Source: Planctomycetota bacterium
Lineage (GTDB): Bacteria; Pseudomonadota; Gammaproteobacteria; Eutrophobiales; Eutrophobiaceae
Assembly (NCBI GenBank): GCA_047638675.1
Contig: JBLIML010000002.1
Coordinates: forward strand, 30,017 to 94,016
Direction of reading: 5' to 3'
Length of the DNA: 64,000 nucleotides
Part shown: piece after piece, positions 28,873 to 39,308 of the stretch
Numbering within the stretch: position 1 is the stretch's first letter
Layout: every line of letters starts with the position of its first letter
The notes under the pieces: model-generated
The model's input: only the letters and a program-made list of their open reading frames with translations
Told to the model about the DNA's origin: nothing
The model's database searches: none
Made by a program: the position numbers and the translations under genes

Positions 28873-29703
28873 ATGAATCTTTCTTTTACAAAAATGCACG
28901 GACTTGGAAACGACTTTGTTGTTCTTGATGCCTTGCGAGCACCGATAGACTTAAATAAGGAACAAATCCGCCTTATTGCGGATCGTCGCCTCGGCATCGG
29001 TTGTGATCAGGTCTTGATGATTGAACCTGGCCATAGCACCGGGGCAGATATTTATTATCGTATTTTCAATGCCGATGGCGGTGAAGTTGCACAGTGTGGT
29101 AATGGGGTACGCTGCGTTGGTGAATATCTTCGCCTTAGGTCACTGATTACTAGCGATTCGATTAGGGTCGAAACAAATAGTGGGCTCGTGACTATTTATT
29201 TCGAGGATAATGAGCAAGTCCGCGTTGACATGGGCATTCCCGTATTTGAACCTGAGGCCATTCCACTGGCGACCGTACAAAGGCAGCCTCAATATTTGCT
29301 TTCACTGAGCAGTGGCGATGTGGAAATTATGGCAGTCTCAATCGGTAATCCCCACGCCGTACTTATTGTGGATGACGTCGCGAATGTTCCTGTTTCGTCT
29401 TTGGGAGCGGAAATTCAGCAAGATAAATTGTTTCCGGAAAGTGTGAATGTGGGTTTCATGGAAATTATTGATCCCACGCAGATTCGTTTACGCGTCAACG
29501 AGCGCGGGGTCGGCGAAACCCTGGCCTGCGGTACAGGCGCCTGCGGTGCTGTCGTTGTGGGTATAAATGCTGGTAGACTGGCGCATGAGGTAGAAGTCCA
29601 ATTAAAAGGAGGGATTCTCAAAATTGGCTGGGCAGGAGAAGGCGAGTCTGTCTGGATGACCGGCCCGGCAACAACCGTATACGAAGGTCAAATTGAAATA
29701 TGA
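28873..29703 (+). CDS. dapF: Diaminopimelate epimerase
   Basis: 276 aa, FTKMHGLGNDFVVLD, CGNGVRC, ACGTGACGA. Confidence 0.95.
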   Translation: MNLSFTKMHGLGNDFVVLDALRAPIDLNKEQIRLIADRRLGIGCDQVLMIEPGHSTGADIYYRIFNADGGEVAQCGNGVRCVGEYLRLRSLITSDSIRVETNSGLVTIYFEDNEQVRVDMGIPVFEPEAIPLATVQRQPQYLLSLSSGDVEIMAVSIGNPHAVLIVDDVANVPVSSLGAEIQQDKLFPESVNVGFMEIIDPTQIRLRVNERGVGETLACGTGACGAVVVGINAGRLAHEVEVQLKGGILKIGWAGEGESVWMTGPATTVYEGQIEI

Positions 29704-30407
29704 GTATTGCACCAGAAGATGATTACGAAATGCCTGCGCTGAGTGCCGGTGTCATCGCTGAGTATCTACGAGCCCACCCGGAGTTTTTTAATGAATATCC
29801 GGATTTACTGACAGATATCAAGGTGCCTCATGCCAGTGGAGATGCAATCTCGCTAGTGGAAAGACAGTTAACGGCGTTGCGTGAACAGAATGATCAGACT
29901 CGAAAACGCATGCATGAGCTCATTGAAATCGCTCGCCAAAATGAAGAGTTGGCCAAACGTATGCACCAGTTGGCGCTAACCTTGATGGATGCGGCCGAGC
30001 CAAAAGATATATTTTCAACGCTTTACGATAACCTGCGGAAAAACTTCCTGGCTGATAAGGTCATGGTCAGGCTGTTTGCCGATCCGTCTTTCGTCGATAC
30101 GTTTGCCGGAGACGAGTTTGCCGGGTCGCAGGTGGCGCAACAATCTTTATTCAAGTCTATCATCGATAAACGCATGCCCATTAGTGGTCGTCTGAAGCGT
30201 CAGCAGCAGGTGTTCCTGTTCGGAGATGATGGGGACGAAATTGCATCCGCTGTCCTGGTGCCGCTGCACGGTGATGGCTGGGGAGGAATCATGGCAATCG
30301 GTAGTTTTAACGCTGATCGATTTCAGGAGAGCATGGGTGTGGAACTGCTTGCCAATATGGGAGAGATTTTGAGTTTCATCCTTAAACCCTGGGTCATCGA
30401 AAAATAG
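29700..30407 (+). CDS. DUF484 family protein (YigA-like)
   Basis: 235 aa; AEYLRAHPEFFNEYPDLL; conserved position between dapF and xerC. Confidence 0.8.
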   Translation: MSIAPEDDYEMPALSAGVIAEYLRAHPEFFNEYPDLLTDIKVPHASGDAISLVERQLTALREQNDQTRKRMHELIEIARQNEELAKRMHQLALTLMDAAEPKDIFSTLYDNLRKNFLADKVMVRLFADPSFVDTFAGDEFAGSQVAQQSLFKSIIDKRMPISGRLKRQQQVFLFGDDGDEIASAVLVPLHGDGWGGIMAIGSFNADRFQESMGVELLANMGEILSFILKPWVIEK

Positions 30408-30494
30408 TCGGAGACAAGAAATCTCCTCACTTCCCTATTGTTTGTTTGAGTCGGTACAAAAAAATGCAGATGACGATTCCACACTGCACAACAA

Positions 30495-31400
30495 GTGACA
30501 TCCATGCAGCAGACTGAAACCCTTCACATTGATGCATTTATAAAGTCATTGCATCATCTCTCCGAGCATACGCGCAAGGCCTATCTACATGACATTCTGA
30601 GTTTTCGCGAATACTGCGATATGAATAGCGTGGCTAAATGGCGTGAAATGGATGGACGTCAGGTACGTGGTTTCGTGACACGGCGGCATAGACAGGGTTT
30701 GGGAGGACGTAGTTTGCAGCGTAACCTCTCGGCTATACGTGCTTTTTATCGTTTCCTCATGAAAATCGGTGTAGCTACTCACAATCCGGCTCAGGGTATC
30801 GTCACACCAAAAACGCCGAAGAAGCTCCCCAATACCCTTGATGTGGATCAGAGTGCCCAGCTAGTTGAGATAAAAGGCGATGATATCCTCTCTATACGCG
30901 ACAGGGCGATCTTTGAATTGATGTACTCATGCGGTTTGCGTTTGTCCGAATTGGTGAGTCTGAATCTGGGCAGTATCGATTTGGGCGATGCCATTGTGAC
31001 GGTGACCGGTAAAGGCAACAAAACGCGTATGTTACCGGTTGGCCGCCAGGCACTCGAGGCTATGCGGCTTTGGTTGCCAGGTCGTGCTAGCCTTGCCAGC
31101 CCTGAAGAAAAAGCGCTTTTTGTCAGCAATCGGGGTTCTCGTATCAGCCCTCGCAGTATTCAACAACGATTACGTCAGTGGTCAGTGAAACAGGGGCTCG
31201 CCACCCATGTCCATCCGCATATGCTTCGTCATTCGTTTGCCACACATATTCTTGAATCAAGCAGTGATCTACGCGCCGTGCAGGAATTGTTAGGACATGC
31301 GGACATCAGTACAACTCAGGTATATACTCACCTCGATTTTCAGCACCTTGCCAAGGTCTATGATCAGGCCCATCCAAGAGCACAAAAGAAAAGCAAATAA
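30495..31400 (+). CDS. xerC: Tyrosine recombinase XerC
   Basis: 301 aa, RDRAIFELMYSCGLRLSEL, HPHMLRHSFATHIL, LGHADISTTQVYTH. GTG 30495 or ATG 30504 start. Confidence 0.9.
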   Translation: MTSMQQTETLHIDAFIKSLHHLSEHTRKAYLHDILSFREYCDMNSVAKWREMDGRQVRGFVTRRHRQGLGGRSLQRNLSAIRAFYRFLMKIGVATHNPAQGIVTPKTPKKLPNTLDVDQSAQLVEIKGDDILSIRDRAIFELMYSCGLRLSELVSLNLGSIDLGDAIVTVTGKGNKTRMLPVGRQALEAMRLWLPGRASLASPEEKALFVSNRGSRISPRSIQQRLRQWSVKQGLATHVHPHMLRHSFATHILESSSDLRAVQELLGHADISTTQVYTHLDFQHLAKVYDQAHPRAQKKSK

Positions 31401-31442
31401 TCATTACTCTGCAATTTTAAAATCTCTGTTTTGATGTGCTAT

Positions 31443-31473
31443 CCCCTTGAAAAATAAGTATGAATCTATATAT
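31443..31473 (+). promoter_or_regulatory. Candidate sigma-32 heat-shock promoter for hslVU
   Basis: ccCCTTGAAAa (31443-31453), 13-nt spacer, ctatatat (31466-31473). Strong -35 match to the CCCTTGAA consensus, weaker -10. Confidence 0.4.
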
Positions 31474-31562
31474 AGGGTGTGCTGAGTTGACATAAGGAAA
31501 GATTGAATTATCAGAAAGTAGGCAGGCAGGTTCGTGTAAAATAACCCACTTTTTAATGGAGA

Positions 31563-32105
31563 GTGTCTTTGGAACAGTTTCGTGGAACTACCATTCTCTC
31601 GGTTCGTAGAGATAATCATATCGTCATTGGCGGTGACGGTCAGGTCTCCCTGGGCGACACCGTCATGAAAGGAAATGCCCGTAAGGTACGTCGTTTGTAT
31701 AAGGATCGTATTCTCGCAGGATTCGCCGGCGGTACGGCGGATGCGTTTACCTTGTTTGAACGTTTTGAAAGTAAGCTGGAGAAACACCAGGGCAACCTCA
31801 TGCGTTCTGCTGTTGAATTGGCCAAGGATTGGCGCACCGACAGGATGTTACGAAGACTGGAAGCCATGCTTTGTGTGGCTGACGACACAGCTTCACTCAT
31901 TATCTCCGGCAATGGCGACGTCATTGAACCCGAAGATCAAATCATGGCTATCGGATCTGGTGGCGCCTATGCGAAGTCGGCCGCCAAGGCCCTATTGGAA
32001 AACACAGACATCGATGCCCGTAGCATCGTTGAAAAGTCACTTGGTATAGCCGCCGATATTTGTATTTACACAAATAACTCGCTGACCATAGAAGAATTAA
32101 AATAG
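31563..32105 (+). CDS. hslV: ATP-dependent protease subunit HslV
   Basis: [41 protein letters not shown] 31569 (MEQFRGTT, SD ggagag 6 nt upstream) is a likely alternative to the track GTG 31563. Confidence 0.95.
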   Translation: MSLEQFRGTTILSVRRDNHIVIGGDGQVSLGDTVMKGNARKVRRLYKDRILAGFAGGTADAFTLFERFESKLEKHQGNLMRSAVELAKDWRTDRMLRRLEAMLCVADDTASLIISGNGDVIEPEDQIMAIGSGGAYAKSAAKALLENTDIDARSIVEKSLGIAADICIYTNNSLTIEELK

Positions 32106-32118
32106 AACAGGAAATTCA

Positions 32119-33456
32119 ATGCAGTCATTAACACCTCAAGAGATTGTTCACGAACTGGATAAACATATTATTGGTCAGGACGCGGCAAAACGAGCTGTTG
32201 CCATAGCCCTGCGTAATCGCTGGCGCCGTGCGCGCGTTGTCGAAGAATTGCGCAATGAAATCACGCCGAAGAACATTTTGATGATTGGTCCTACTGGTGT
32301 CGGCAAAACGGAAATTGCTCGACGACTGGCGAAACTTGCAAATGCACCTTTCATAAAAGTCGAGGCAACGAAATTTACAGAAGTAGGATATGTAGGGCGT
32401 GACGTGGAATCAATAATTCGCGATCTCGCCGACGTGGCCGTCAAACAAACGCGAGAGGTGGAGCTGGAAAAAGTCCAACATCGGGCAGAAATGGCGGCCG
32501 AAGATCGTGTGCTGGATATTCTACTACCAAAAGCACGGACATTCGGAGATGCTCAGTTAGAAGAGCCCGAAGAGGCGAAAAATGGCACGCGGGAAAAGTT
32601 TCGTGAAAAGCTAAAATCGGGGGAGTTGGAAGACAGGGAAATTGAGGTTGAATTAAATATGCCAGCGATAGGTGTTGAAATTATGGCGCCACCAGGCATG
32701 GAGGAAATGACCAGCCAATTACAAAACATGTTTCAAAATGTCTCGGGTGGAAAAAAACGTACGCGTAAACTTAAAGTCGGAGAAGCCCTAATTTTACTGA
32801 CCGAGGAAGAAGCGGCCAAGTTGATTAATGAAGATGATATAAAGTTGCGCGCACTTGAAGCGCTTGAACAAAATGGCCTGGTATTTCTTGATGAATTAGA
32901 CAAGGTGTGTGGCAGGTCTGAAAGTACGGGGCCGGACGTGTCGCGCGAAGGTGTACAACGAGACTTATTGCCACTCGTAGAGGGTTGCACTGTATCAACG
33001 AAATACGGCATGGTAAAAACAGATCATATTCTTTTCATCGCCTCGGGTGCCTTTCATATGGCCAAACCTTCTGACCTGATCCCCGAGTTGCAAGGACGCT
33101 TGCCGATCAGAGTCGAGCTGAATGCACTGGGTGCGGAGGATTTCGTTCGCATATTGACAGAACCAGATGCTTCACTCACAGAACAATACTCAGCGCTAAT
33201 GCTGACAGAAAATATGACCCTGACATTCAGTGACGACGGTATAAGACGAATTGCTGAGATCGCCTGGCAAGTGAATGAAAGGACTGAGAACATAGGTGCG
33301 AGAAGATTGCATACCGTGATGGAACGTTTGCTGGAAACGCTCTCTTTCGATGCCACCGAGAAAGCCGGTGAGACAATTAATATTGATGCTGTTTACGTTG
33401 ATGAACATCTGAATGAATTGATGCAGGATGAAGATTTATCCAGATACATTTTGTAA
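32119..33456 (+). CDS. hslU: ATP-dependent protease ATPase subunit HslU
   Basis: 445 aa, [34 protein letters not shown], Walker [16 protein letters not shown]. Confidence 0.97.
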   Translation: MQSLTPQEIVHELDKHIIGQDAAKRAVAIALRNRWRRARVVEELRNEITPKNILMIGPTGVGKTEIARRLAKLANAPFIKVEATKFTEVGYVGRDVESIIRDLADVAVKQTREVELEKVQHRAEMAAEDRVLDILLPKARTFGDAQLEEPEEAKNGTREKFREKLKSGELEDREIEVELNMPAIGVEIMAPPGMEEMTSQLQNMFQNVSGGKKRTRKLKVGEALILLTEEEAAKLINEDDIKLRALEALEQNGLVFLDELDKVCGRSESTGPDVSREGVQRDLLPLVEGCTVSTKYGMVKTDHILFIASGAFHMAKPSDLIPELQGRLPIRVELNALGAEDFVRILTEPDASLTEQYSALMLTENMTLTFSDDGIRRIAEIAWQVNERTENIGARRLHTVMERLLETLSFDATEKAGETINIDAVYVDEHLNELMQDEDLSRYIL

Positions 33457-33476
33457 GATATTGAACCCAACATACT

Positions 33477-33845
33477 ATGCCTGATAAAAAACCAAGACCT
33501 GTTTCCATAAATCTGCTTACCAAATCTCGTCTGCTTAAAATTGAGTTTGATGATGATTCTATATTTGAATTGAGCTGCGAATTGTTACGTGTGTATTCTC
33601 CTTCGGCGGAGGTGCGTGGCCACGGGCCTGGGCAGGAAATACTGCAAATAGGCAAGGAAAACGTTGGCATTAAAGAAGTCGAAGCTGTGGGTAATTATGC
33701 CGTTAAACTGGTTTTTGACGATGGACATGACAGTGGTATTTACACATGGGATTTCCTGCATGATCTGGGTACTAAGCGGGAAGAATATTGGCAAAGTTAT
33801 TTACATGGACTAGCGCACGCGGGTCATGAGAGAAAACCGCAGTGA
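33477..33845 (+). CDS. DUF971 (gamma-butyrobetaine hydroxylase-like N-terminal) domain protein
   Basis: 122 aa, LKIEFDDDSIFELSCELLRVYSPSAEVRGHG...YAVKLVFDDGHDSGIYTWDFL. Confidence 0.7.
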   Translation: MPDKKPRPVSINLLTKSRLLKIEFDDDSIFELSCELLRVYSPSAEVRGHGPGQEILQIGKENVGIKEVEAVGNYAVKLVFDDGHDSGIYTWDFLHDLGTKREEYWQSYLHGLAHAGHERKPQ

Positions 33846-34609
33846 TAGAACAGGATTCAGCCGATTCAGCCGATTCAGCCGATTTTGGCTTTGAGCGGGT
33901 AAGGCTACAGGAAAAGACGCGGCGAGTAGGAGAAGTTTTCAGTTCTGTAGCCTCCCGTTATGATCTGATGAATGATCTGATGTCATTGGGCATTCACCGG
34001 GCGTGGAAACGTTATGCAATTCATGTGGCCCAGATAAAACCCGGAGCACACATACTTGATGTTGCTGGCGGCACGGGTGATATGTCCGCAATGTTTCATC
34101 AGGCGGTGGGAGAGCAGGGTCTGGTGATAGTGAGTGACATCAATAATGCCATGTTAAATGAAGGCAGGGATCGATTACTTGATAAGGGTGTCATCACCGG
34201 GTTGCAATATGTCCAGGCCAATGCCGAAGCGCTACCCTTTAAACGAAACAGTTTTGATTGTGTCTGTATAGCATTTGGATTGAGAAACGTCACCGACAAA
34301 AATGCAGCTTTAAGATCCATGTTCGATAAAATAAAATACGGTGGCAGCATTGTTATACTTGAGTTCTCTACGGTTGTCCTACCCTTCTTGAAGCAGCTGT
34401 ACGAGACCTATTCCTTTGAGTTTATCCCTCGACTTGGCCAGTTAATTGCCAATGACAAGGATAGCTATCGTTACCTGGTGGAATCCATCAGCATGCATCC
34501 CGATCAAGATGCTTTGAAAGACATGATGGAAGCGGCTGGTTTTTCTCGCGTGGATTATTACAATTTAACCGGTGGTATTGTGGCAGTACATAAAGGTTAT
34601 AAATTTTGA
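33842..34609 (+). CDS. ubiE: Demethylmenaquinone/ubiquinone C-methyltransferase
   Basis: 255 aa, VFSSVASRYDLMNDLMSLGIHRAWK, SAM motif LDVAGGTGD. GTG start overlaps the upstream stop. Confidence 0.93.
   Translation: MIEQDSADSADSADFGFERVRLQEKTRRVGEVFSSVASRYDLMNDLMSLGIHRAWKRYAIHVAQIKPGAHILDVAGGTGDMSAMFHQAVGEQGLVIVSDINNAMLNEGRDRLLDKGVITGLQYVQANAEALPFKRNSFDCVCIAFGLRNVTDKNAALRSMFDKIKYGGSIVILEFSTVVLPFLKQLYETYSFEFIPRLGQLIANDKDSYRYLVESISMHPDQDALKDMMEAAGFSRVDYYNLTGGIVAVHKGYKF
33854..33884 (+). repeat. 9-bp tandem repeat (gattcagcc x3.4) in the ubiE 5' end
   Basis: Encodes DSADSADSAD; unit length is a multiple of 3, so copy changes stay in frame. Confidence 0.9.
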
Positions 34610-34676
34610 TCGCGCTGCGCCAAATTAGCAGATCAACAAGTTTCAAAAATCAGCTCGGCGAGTAGTTTTTTCGAAC

Positions 34677-35288
34677 ATGAGAATACTTGGCAAAATTGAA
34701 CAACAGCTTAATCATGTTCTTGCATTGGATGAAGACACATTAGAAAGTCTGGCTGATTTATCCGGCCAGGTGATTTCACTGGAACTCATTAACACAGGCT
34801 TTATCATTTATATTCTGCCTTCCAAAGATGGGGTTCATTTGCAATCAGAGTATATCGGTAATACGAATGTGAAGATTCGTGGTACACCATCTGATATGGT
34901 GGCTTATCTTATTAAGTCGAATGAAAAATCATCGAACTTTACGGGCAGTATCGAGGTAATAGGCGATGTTGGCCTGGCTCAGGATTTCCAATCAATTTTA
35001 AAAAACATTGATCTCGATTGGGAAGAACAATTGGCGCATTGGTTTGGTGATACAGTGGCGCATAAACTGGGTAGAGTACTTAAGGGTGCGGCTATTTTTT
35101 CCAGTAATACTGGTAATAAAATACGGCAGGATGTCAGTGAGTATCTGAGATTTGAAGCAGAATTGACTCTCGATACGACGACTTTGAGTGAGTTTAGCAA
35201 TGCAGTTGATACCCTACGTAATGATGTGGAGAGATTAAAGTTGCGAATAAAGCGGCTCGAACGAGATCTAAAAGTAGAATCTGAATAA
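34677..35288 (+). CDS. ubiJ: Ubiquinone biosynthesis accessory factor UbiJ (SCP2 domain)
   Basis: 203 aa; located between ubiE and ubiB; SCP2-like N-terminal domain and coiled C-terminus. Confidence 0.7.
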   Translation: MRILGKIEQQLNHVLALDEDTLESLADLSGQVISLELINTGFIIYILPSKDGVHLQSEYIGNTNVKIRGTPSDMVAYLIKSNEKSSNFTGSIEVIGDVGLAQDFQSILKNIDLDWEEQLAHWFGDTVAHKLGRVLKGAAIFSSNTGNKIRQDVSEYLRFEAELTLDTTTLSEFSNAVDTLRNDVERLKLRIKRLERDLKVESE

Positions 35289-36967
35289 TGTTTACATCCG
35301 GCCAGGCATTAAGATTACTAACTATACAGAGAGTTCTGATTCGTCATGGACTGGATGAACTTGTATTCGCCATGCATATCTTCCGTTCGGCACGTTTCGT
35401 TGAACGTTTATTGCCCTGGAACTGGATGAACAAGAGTCGTGGGCCTCAGGCGGAGCGAGTGCGTCTTGTGCTCGAAGAGTTGGGACCTATATTTGTCAAA
35501 TTCGGCCAAATTCTTTCTACGCGTCGTGATCTTCTTCCCGAAGACTACGCGAATGAACTGGCAAAACTGCAGGATAATGTGCCACCGTTTCCAGGTGAGC
35601 AGGCAAGGCAAATTATCGAAGACGAATTTGGCAAAAAAATAGATGAAATATTTCTCGAGTTTGATGAAATTCCCTTGGCTTCAGCTTCAATTGCACAGGT
35701 GCACAGTGCCACCATGATGGATGGTCGTAAGATGATCGTCAAAGTGGTCAGACCCGATATTGAAAGGATTATTAAGCGGGATCTTGGCTTGATGCATCTG
35801 TTGGCAGCAAAGGCAGAAACCTATTGGGAGGATGCGCGGAAACTCAAACCCACCCATGTGGTTGTTGAATTTGAAAAGACACTACTGCATGAACTTGACC
35901 TGATGCGCGAGGCTGCAAATGCTTCACAATTGCGTAGAAATTTCGCTGATTCAGATATTTTATATGTCCCGGAGGTTGAGTGGGATTTGACTACCAGCAA
36001 GGTCATGGTAATGGAACGGATTTCAGGTATTTCTGTGAATGATATTGATTCGCTACATGAGGCAGGCGTGGACATGAAGCGACTGGCGGAAAATGGGATA
36101 GAATTATTTCTAACACAAGTTATTCGCGACAGCTATTTTCATGCTGACATGCATCCGGGGAATATATTTATCAGACCCGGTGAAAATGGCGCAGCGCAGA
36201 TCGCGGTGGTGGATTTTGGCATCATGAGTTCCCTGAGTGAATTTGATCAGCGTTACCTGGCAGAAAACTTCCTGGCCTTTTTGAACCGTGATTACAAAAA
36301 AGTGGCGGCTTTGCATGTGGACTCTGGCTGGGTGCCTGCTAATACCCGCGTAGATGAATTCGAGTTCGCCATACGGACGGTTTGCGAACCGATGTTTGAT
36401 CGATCTCTGCGAAACATATCTTTTGGCACTATCCTGTTACGCCTGTTTCAAACTGCAAGGCAATTCAACATGCCTATATTGCCACAATTGATTTTGTTGC
36501 AGAAAACATTGGTGAATGTCGAGGGACTGGGACGGCGCCTGTATCCTGAGTTAGACGTCTGGAAAACCACCAAGCCTCTTTTTGAACATTGGATGAGTCA
36601 ACGGGTGGGTTTTAGCGGTTTGATAGACGGTGTTAAATACAATATTCCTCACTGGCTCGATCGACTACCCGATTTGCCTAACAAGGTAATTGATCTGGTT
36701 GAGCGCATGCGCGAAGGCAAGATTCACGTAGAATGGCATTCGGAAGAGCTGGAGCGCTTGCAAGCTGAGATGCATCAGTATAATCGCCGTAATATTCTGG
36801 CCATTATTGGATCTTCACTGGTGTTGGGAGGTGTCGTGCTTTACGGACTCTATGGTCTTGATGGCAACACCCCGGTAATGATTGGTCAATTCCCGCTTGT
36901 GTCATGGATCCTTGGCGGAATCGGTGGTGGCGTATTGTGGCTGGCGACGAGACGAAAAGATAAGTAA
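35288..36967 (+). CDS. ubiB: Ubiquinone biosynthesis regulatory protein kinase UbiB (ABC1 family)
   Basis: 559 aa, LGPIFVKFGQILSTRRDLLP, ASASIAQVH, HADMHPGNIF, two C-terminal TM helices. Confidence 0.93.
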   Translation: MFTSGQALRLLTIQRVLIRHGLDELVFAMHIFRSARFVERLLPWNWMNKSRGPQAERVRLVLEELGPIFVKFGQILSTRRDLLPEDYANELAKLQDNVPPFPGEQARQIIEDEFGKKIDEIFLEFDEIPLASASIAQVHSATMMDGRKMIVKVVRPDIERIIKRDLGLMHLLAAKAETYWEDARKLKPTHVVVEFEKTLLHELDLMREAANASQLRRNFADSDILYVPEVEWDLTTSKVMVMERISGISVNDIDSLHEAGVDMKRLAENGIELFLTQVIRDSYFHADMHPGNIFIRPGENGAAQIAVVDFGIMSSLSEFDQRYLAENFLAFLNRDYKKVAALHVDSGWVPANTRVDEFEFAIRTVCEPMFDRSLRNISFGTILLRLFQTARQFNMPILPQLILLQKTLVNVEGLGRRLYPELDVWKTTKPLFEHWMSQRVGFSGLIDGVKYNIPHWLDRLPDLPNKVIDLVERMREGKIHVEWHSEELERLQAEMHQYNRRNILAIIGSSLVLGGVVLYGLYGLDGNTPVMIGQFPLVSWILGGIGGGVLWLATRRKDK

Positions 36968-37002
36968 TGTTGCGCCCAGAGTGTAAATTTAATTCCCACC
37001 TT

Positions 37003-37806
37003 TTAATGCCTTAGTGATACTTTTCTGTAAGAGATCTCATCTTTCTTCCGAGCCAGCATCTGCCGCGGACTAATCAACTTAACGCCGTGCATGTCAAGTA
37101 ATTGCAGGTTTTTTGATAATACAGACAGGGTTCTGGGATAGGGATGACCTATTGCCACGGCCACACCATTACGTTTGGCAATTGCGATCAGTTCATCAAA
37201 CTGTATTTGAATTTTGCTTTCCGACTGTATGTTATCAAGAAAAACATCACGGCGCAGATAGGGCAGTTGCAGCTCCTTCGCGACGTCGGCTGCAATGCTA
37301 TTACCGCTGGTGACACTATCGATATAGAATTTATTTTGGCTTTTTAACGATTCCATCAGCCAGTTCATATGACCGGGGTGTTGAGTTAATAAACTGCCCA
37401 TGTGATTATTCACACCACTAGCATGTGGTACAGAACGCAAGCTACTTTCCAGAGTATGGATGAACTCTTCGTGGGTCATTTGCAGAGTAAGCGCGCCGGG
37501 ACCGAGAAATTTATTTTTGTTCTCTTCAAGCGCCTGCATTGGCATGTGCAATAGTACGTCCTTACCCATTTCATTGGCGAGCGCCGACATTTGTCGTGCA
37601 TGAGGTGAGTGAGGCATGATGGCAAAAGCAACTTGTCCAGGAAGGCCAATAGCTCTTAAATCTTCCCGCATACGATAACCAATATCGTCAATAATGATTA
37701 TAATGACTGGCTTCTCGATCTCATTCGCTTTGGCTGTGTGACCATAAAACGGATATAGGATCCCAAGAAAAAGCAGGAATGTCAGCGAAGCTAACTTTCT
37801 CATCAA
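37003..37806 (-). CDS. Divergent polysaccharide deacetylase family protein (YibQ-like)
   Basis: 267 aa, signal peptide, IIIIDDIGYR...AIMPHSPHA...LLHMPM. Confidence 0.8.
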   Translation of the reverse strand: MMRKLASLTFLLFLGILYPFYGHTAKANEIEKPVIIIIIDDIGYRMREDLRAIGLPGQVAFAIMPHSPHARQMSALANEMGKDVLLHMPMQALEENKNKFLGPGALTLQMTHEEFIHTLESSLRSVPHASGVNNHMGSLLTQHPGHMNWLMESLKSQNKFYIDSVTSGNSIAADVAKELQLPYLRRDVFLDNIQSESKIQIQFDELIAIAKRNGVAVAIGHPYPRTLSVLSKNLQLLDMHGVKLISPRQMLARKKDEISYRKVSLRH

Positions 37807-37819
37807 TTGAAATTACTTT

Positions 37820-39151
37820 TCAAGTTTGCTTTTTCAGAATTACCAGCCCTTTTAAAACATTCAGCGCTTCGTAAAGAGCGTAGTCTCTTTTTGCCAGAGG
37901 AGATTCTTCGTTTTGTTTTTTCCGTTTCTTTTCTTTGTCACTAAGGTCTCCATCCGCTTCAAGCGTGTCATTTTCTAAATGTCTGGCCAAATGGGATTCC
38001 TTAATACCATTATCAGGAACATCCAGTTTTTCTATCTTGACCTTGTCAATAATGATATCAGGAATTATACCGGAAGCCTGAATAGATCGTCCGGAGGGAG
38101 TGTAATATCGTGCAGTCGTTAGCTTCAGGGCAGATTCGGATTCGAGAGGTAATATAGTTTGCACTGAACCTTTACCAAAGGTCTTCTCTCCCATAATGAT
38201 GGCTCGATGATGATCCTGCAGAGCACCGGCTACAATTTCCGAAGCCGAAGCTGAACCGCCATTAACTAGAACGATTAACGGGGCCTTGCTGATAATGTCG
38301 GCAGGTTTAGCACTGAATTTCAACTTGGAATCTTTGACCCGACCTTCCGTGTAGACGATCAAGCCTTTTTCCAGGAAAAGGTCCGAAACAGCAACGGCGG
38401 CCCCGAGTACGCCTCCAGGATTATTGCGTAAATCCAGGATTAAGCCATTGAGACTGTTATTGTTTTCAGCCTTCAATTTTTCCAGTTCCAGGCGCATGTC
38501 TTCACCAGTATGTGCCTGAAATTGGGAGATGCGTAGATAACCGAGTCCCGGCTCCAAAGTGCTACTTCTGACACTTTTCACTTTGATGATGGCTCGGGTG
38601 ATGACAATCTTGAGCGGTTTATCTTCACCGCTGCGTAGGATGGTTAGTGAGATATCGGTTCCAGGCTTACCGCGCATGGAATTCACTGCGTCATTAAGCG
38701 GCATACCTTTCACCGGCACATCATCGAGGCGAATGATCAAGTCACCGGCTTCTATGCCAGCCTTGGCAGCGGGAGTGTCGTCTATCGGCGAGATGACCTT
38801 TACAAAGCCTTCTTCCATACCGACCTCAATACCCAATCCACCAAACTCGCCAGAAGTGCCTTCTTGCAAATCGGAGAAAGCGCTTTTATCGAGATAGGCG
38901 GAGTGAGGATCTAGTCCCTCAAGCATTCCGCGGATAGCATTTTCCAGTAATTCGCGATCATCGACCTCATGTACATAGTCATTTTTAATCTTGATGAAGA
39001 CCTGAGTAAATGTTTTTAGCTCATCGAGAGGCAACTCCCCTATTTCAGACTGCTCTATGGCGGGGTCGTCATCTTCGATTGCAGATAGGGCAACTGGACT
39101 CGCTAAGATCATTAATAATTGAAGTAATACATAAGGTGATAAAAGTTTCAT
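37820..39151 (-). CDS. S41 family C-terminal processing peptidase
   Basis: 443 aa, PDZ domain, GGSASASEIVAGALQDHHRAIIMGEKTFGKGSVQT. Confidence 0.9.
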   Translation of the reverse strand: MKLLSPYVLLQLLMILASPVALSAIEDDDPAIEQSEIGELPLDELKTFTQVFIKIKNDYVHEVDDRELLENAIRGMLEGLDPHSAYLDKSAFSDLQEGTSGEFGGLGIEVGMEEGFVKVISPIDDTPAAKAGIEAGDLIIRLDDVPVKGMPLNDAVNSMRGKPGTDISLTILRSGEDKPLKIVITRAIIKVKSVRSSTLEPGLGYLRISQFQAHTGEDMRLELEKLKAENNNSLNGLILDLRNNPGGVLGAAVAVSDLFLEKGLIVYTEGRVKDSKLKFSAKPADIISKAPLIVLVNGGSASASEIVAGALQDHHRAIIMGEKTFGKGSVQTILPLESESALKLTTARYYTPSGRSIQASGIIPDIIIDKVKIEKLDVPDNGIKESHLARHLENDTLEADGDLSDKEKKRKKQNEESPLAKRDYALYEALNVLKGLVILKKQT

Positions 39152-39308
39152 TTTATACTCCGTAGTGTGAAGACCTGTGTAACATAGACGCGTAGTATCA
39201 GACCTGATTTAGAGCGTATGGTTGCCTATTCATTCACTTATCTGATTATAGGGTGATTTCGCTACAGGCACAGCATACAGGCGCATGATTGCAGCTGACA
39301 AGCAATGA

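Noticed and set aside
33854-33884. Perfect 9-bp triple repeat (gattcagcc) at the 5' end of ubiE; considered as a phase-variation tract.
   Set aside because: The unit is a multiple of 3, so slippage only adds or removes DSA tripeptides in a non-conserved N-terminal tail. No switch is expected.
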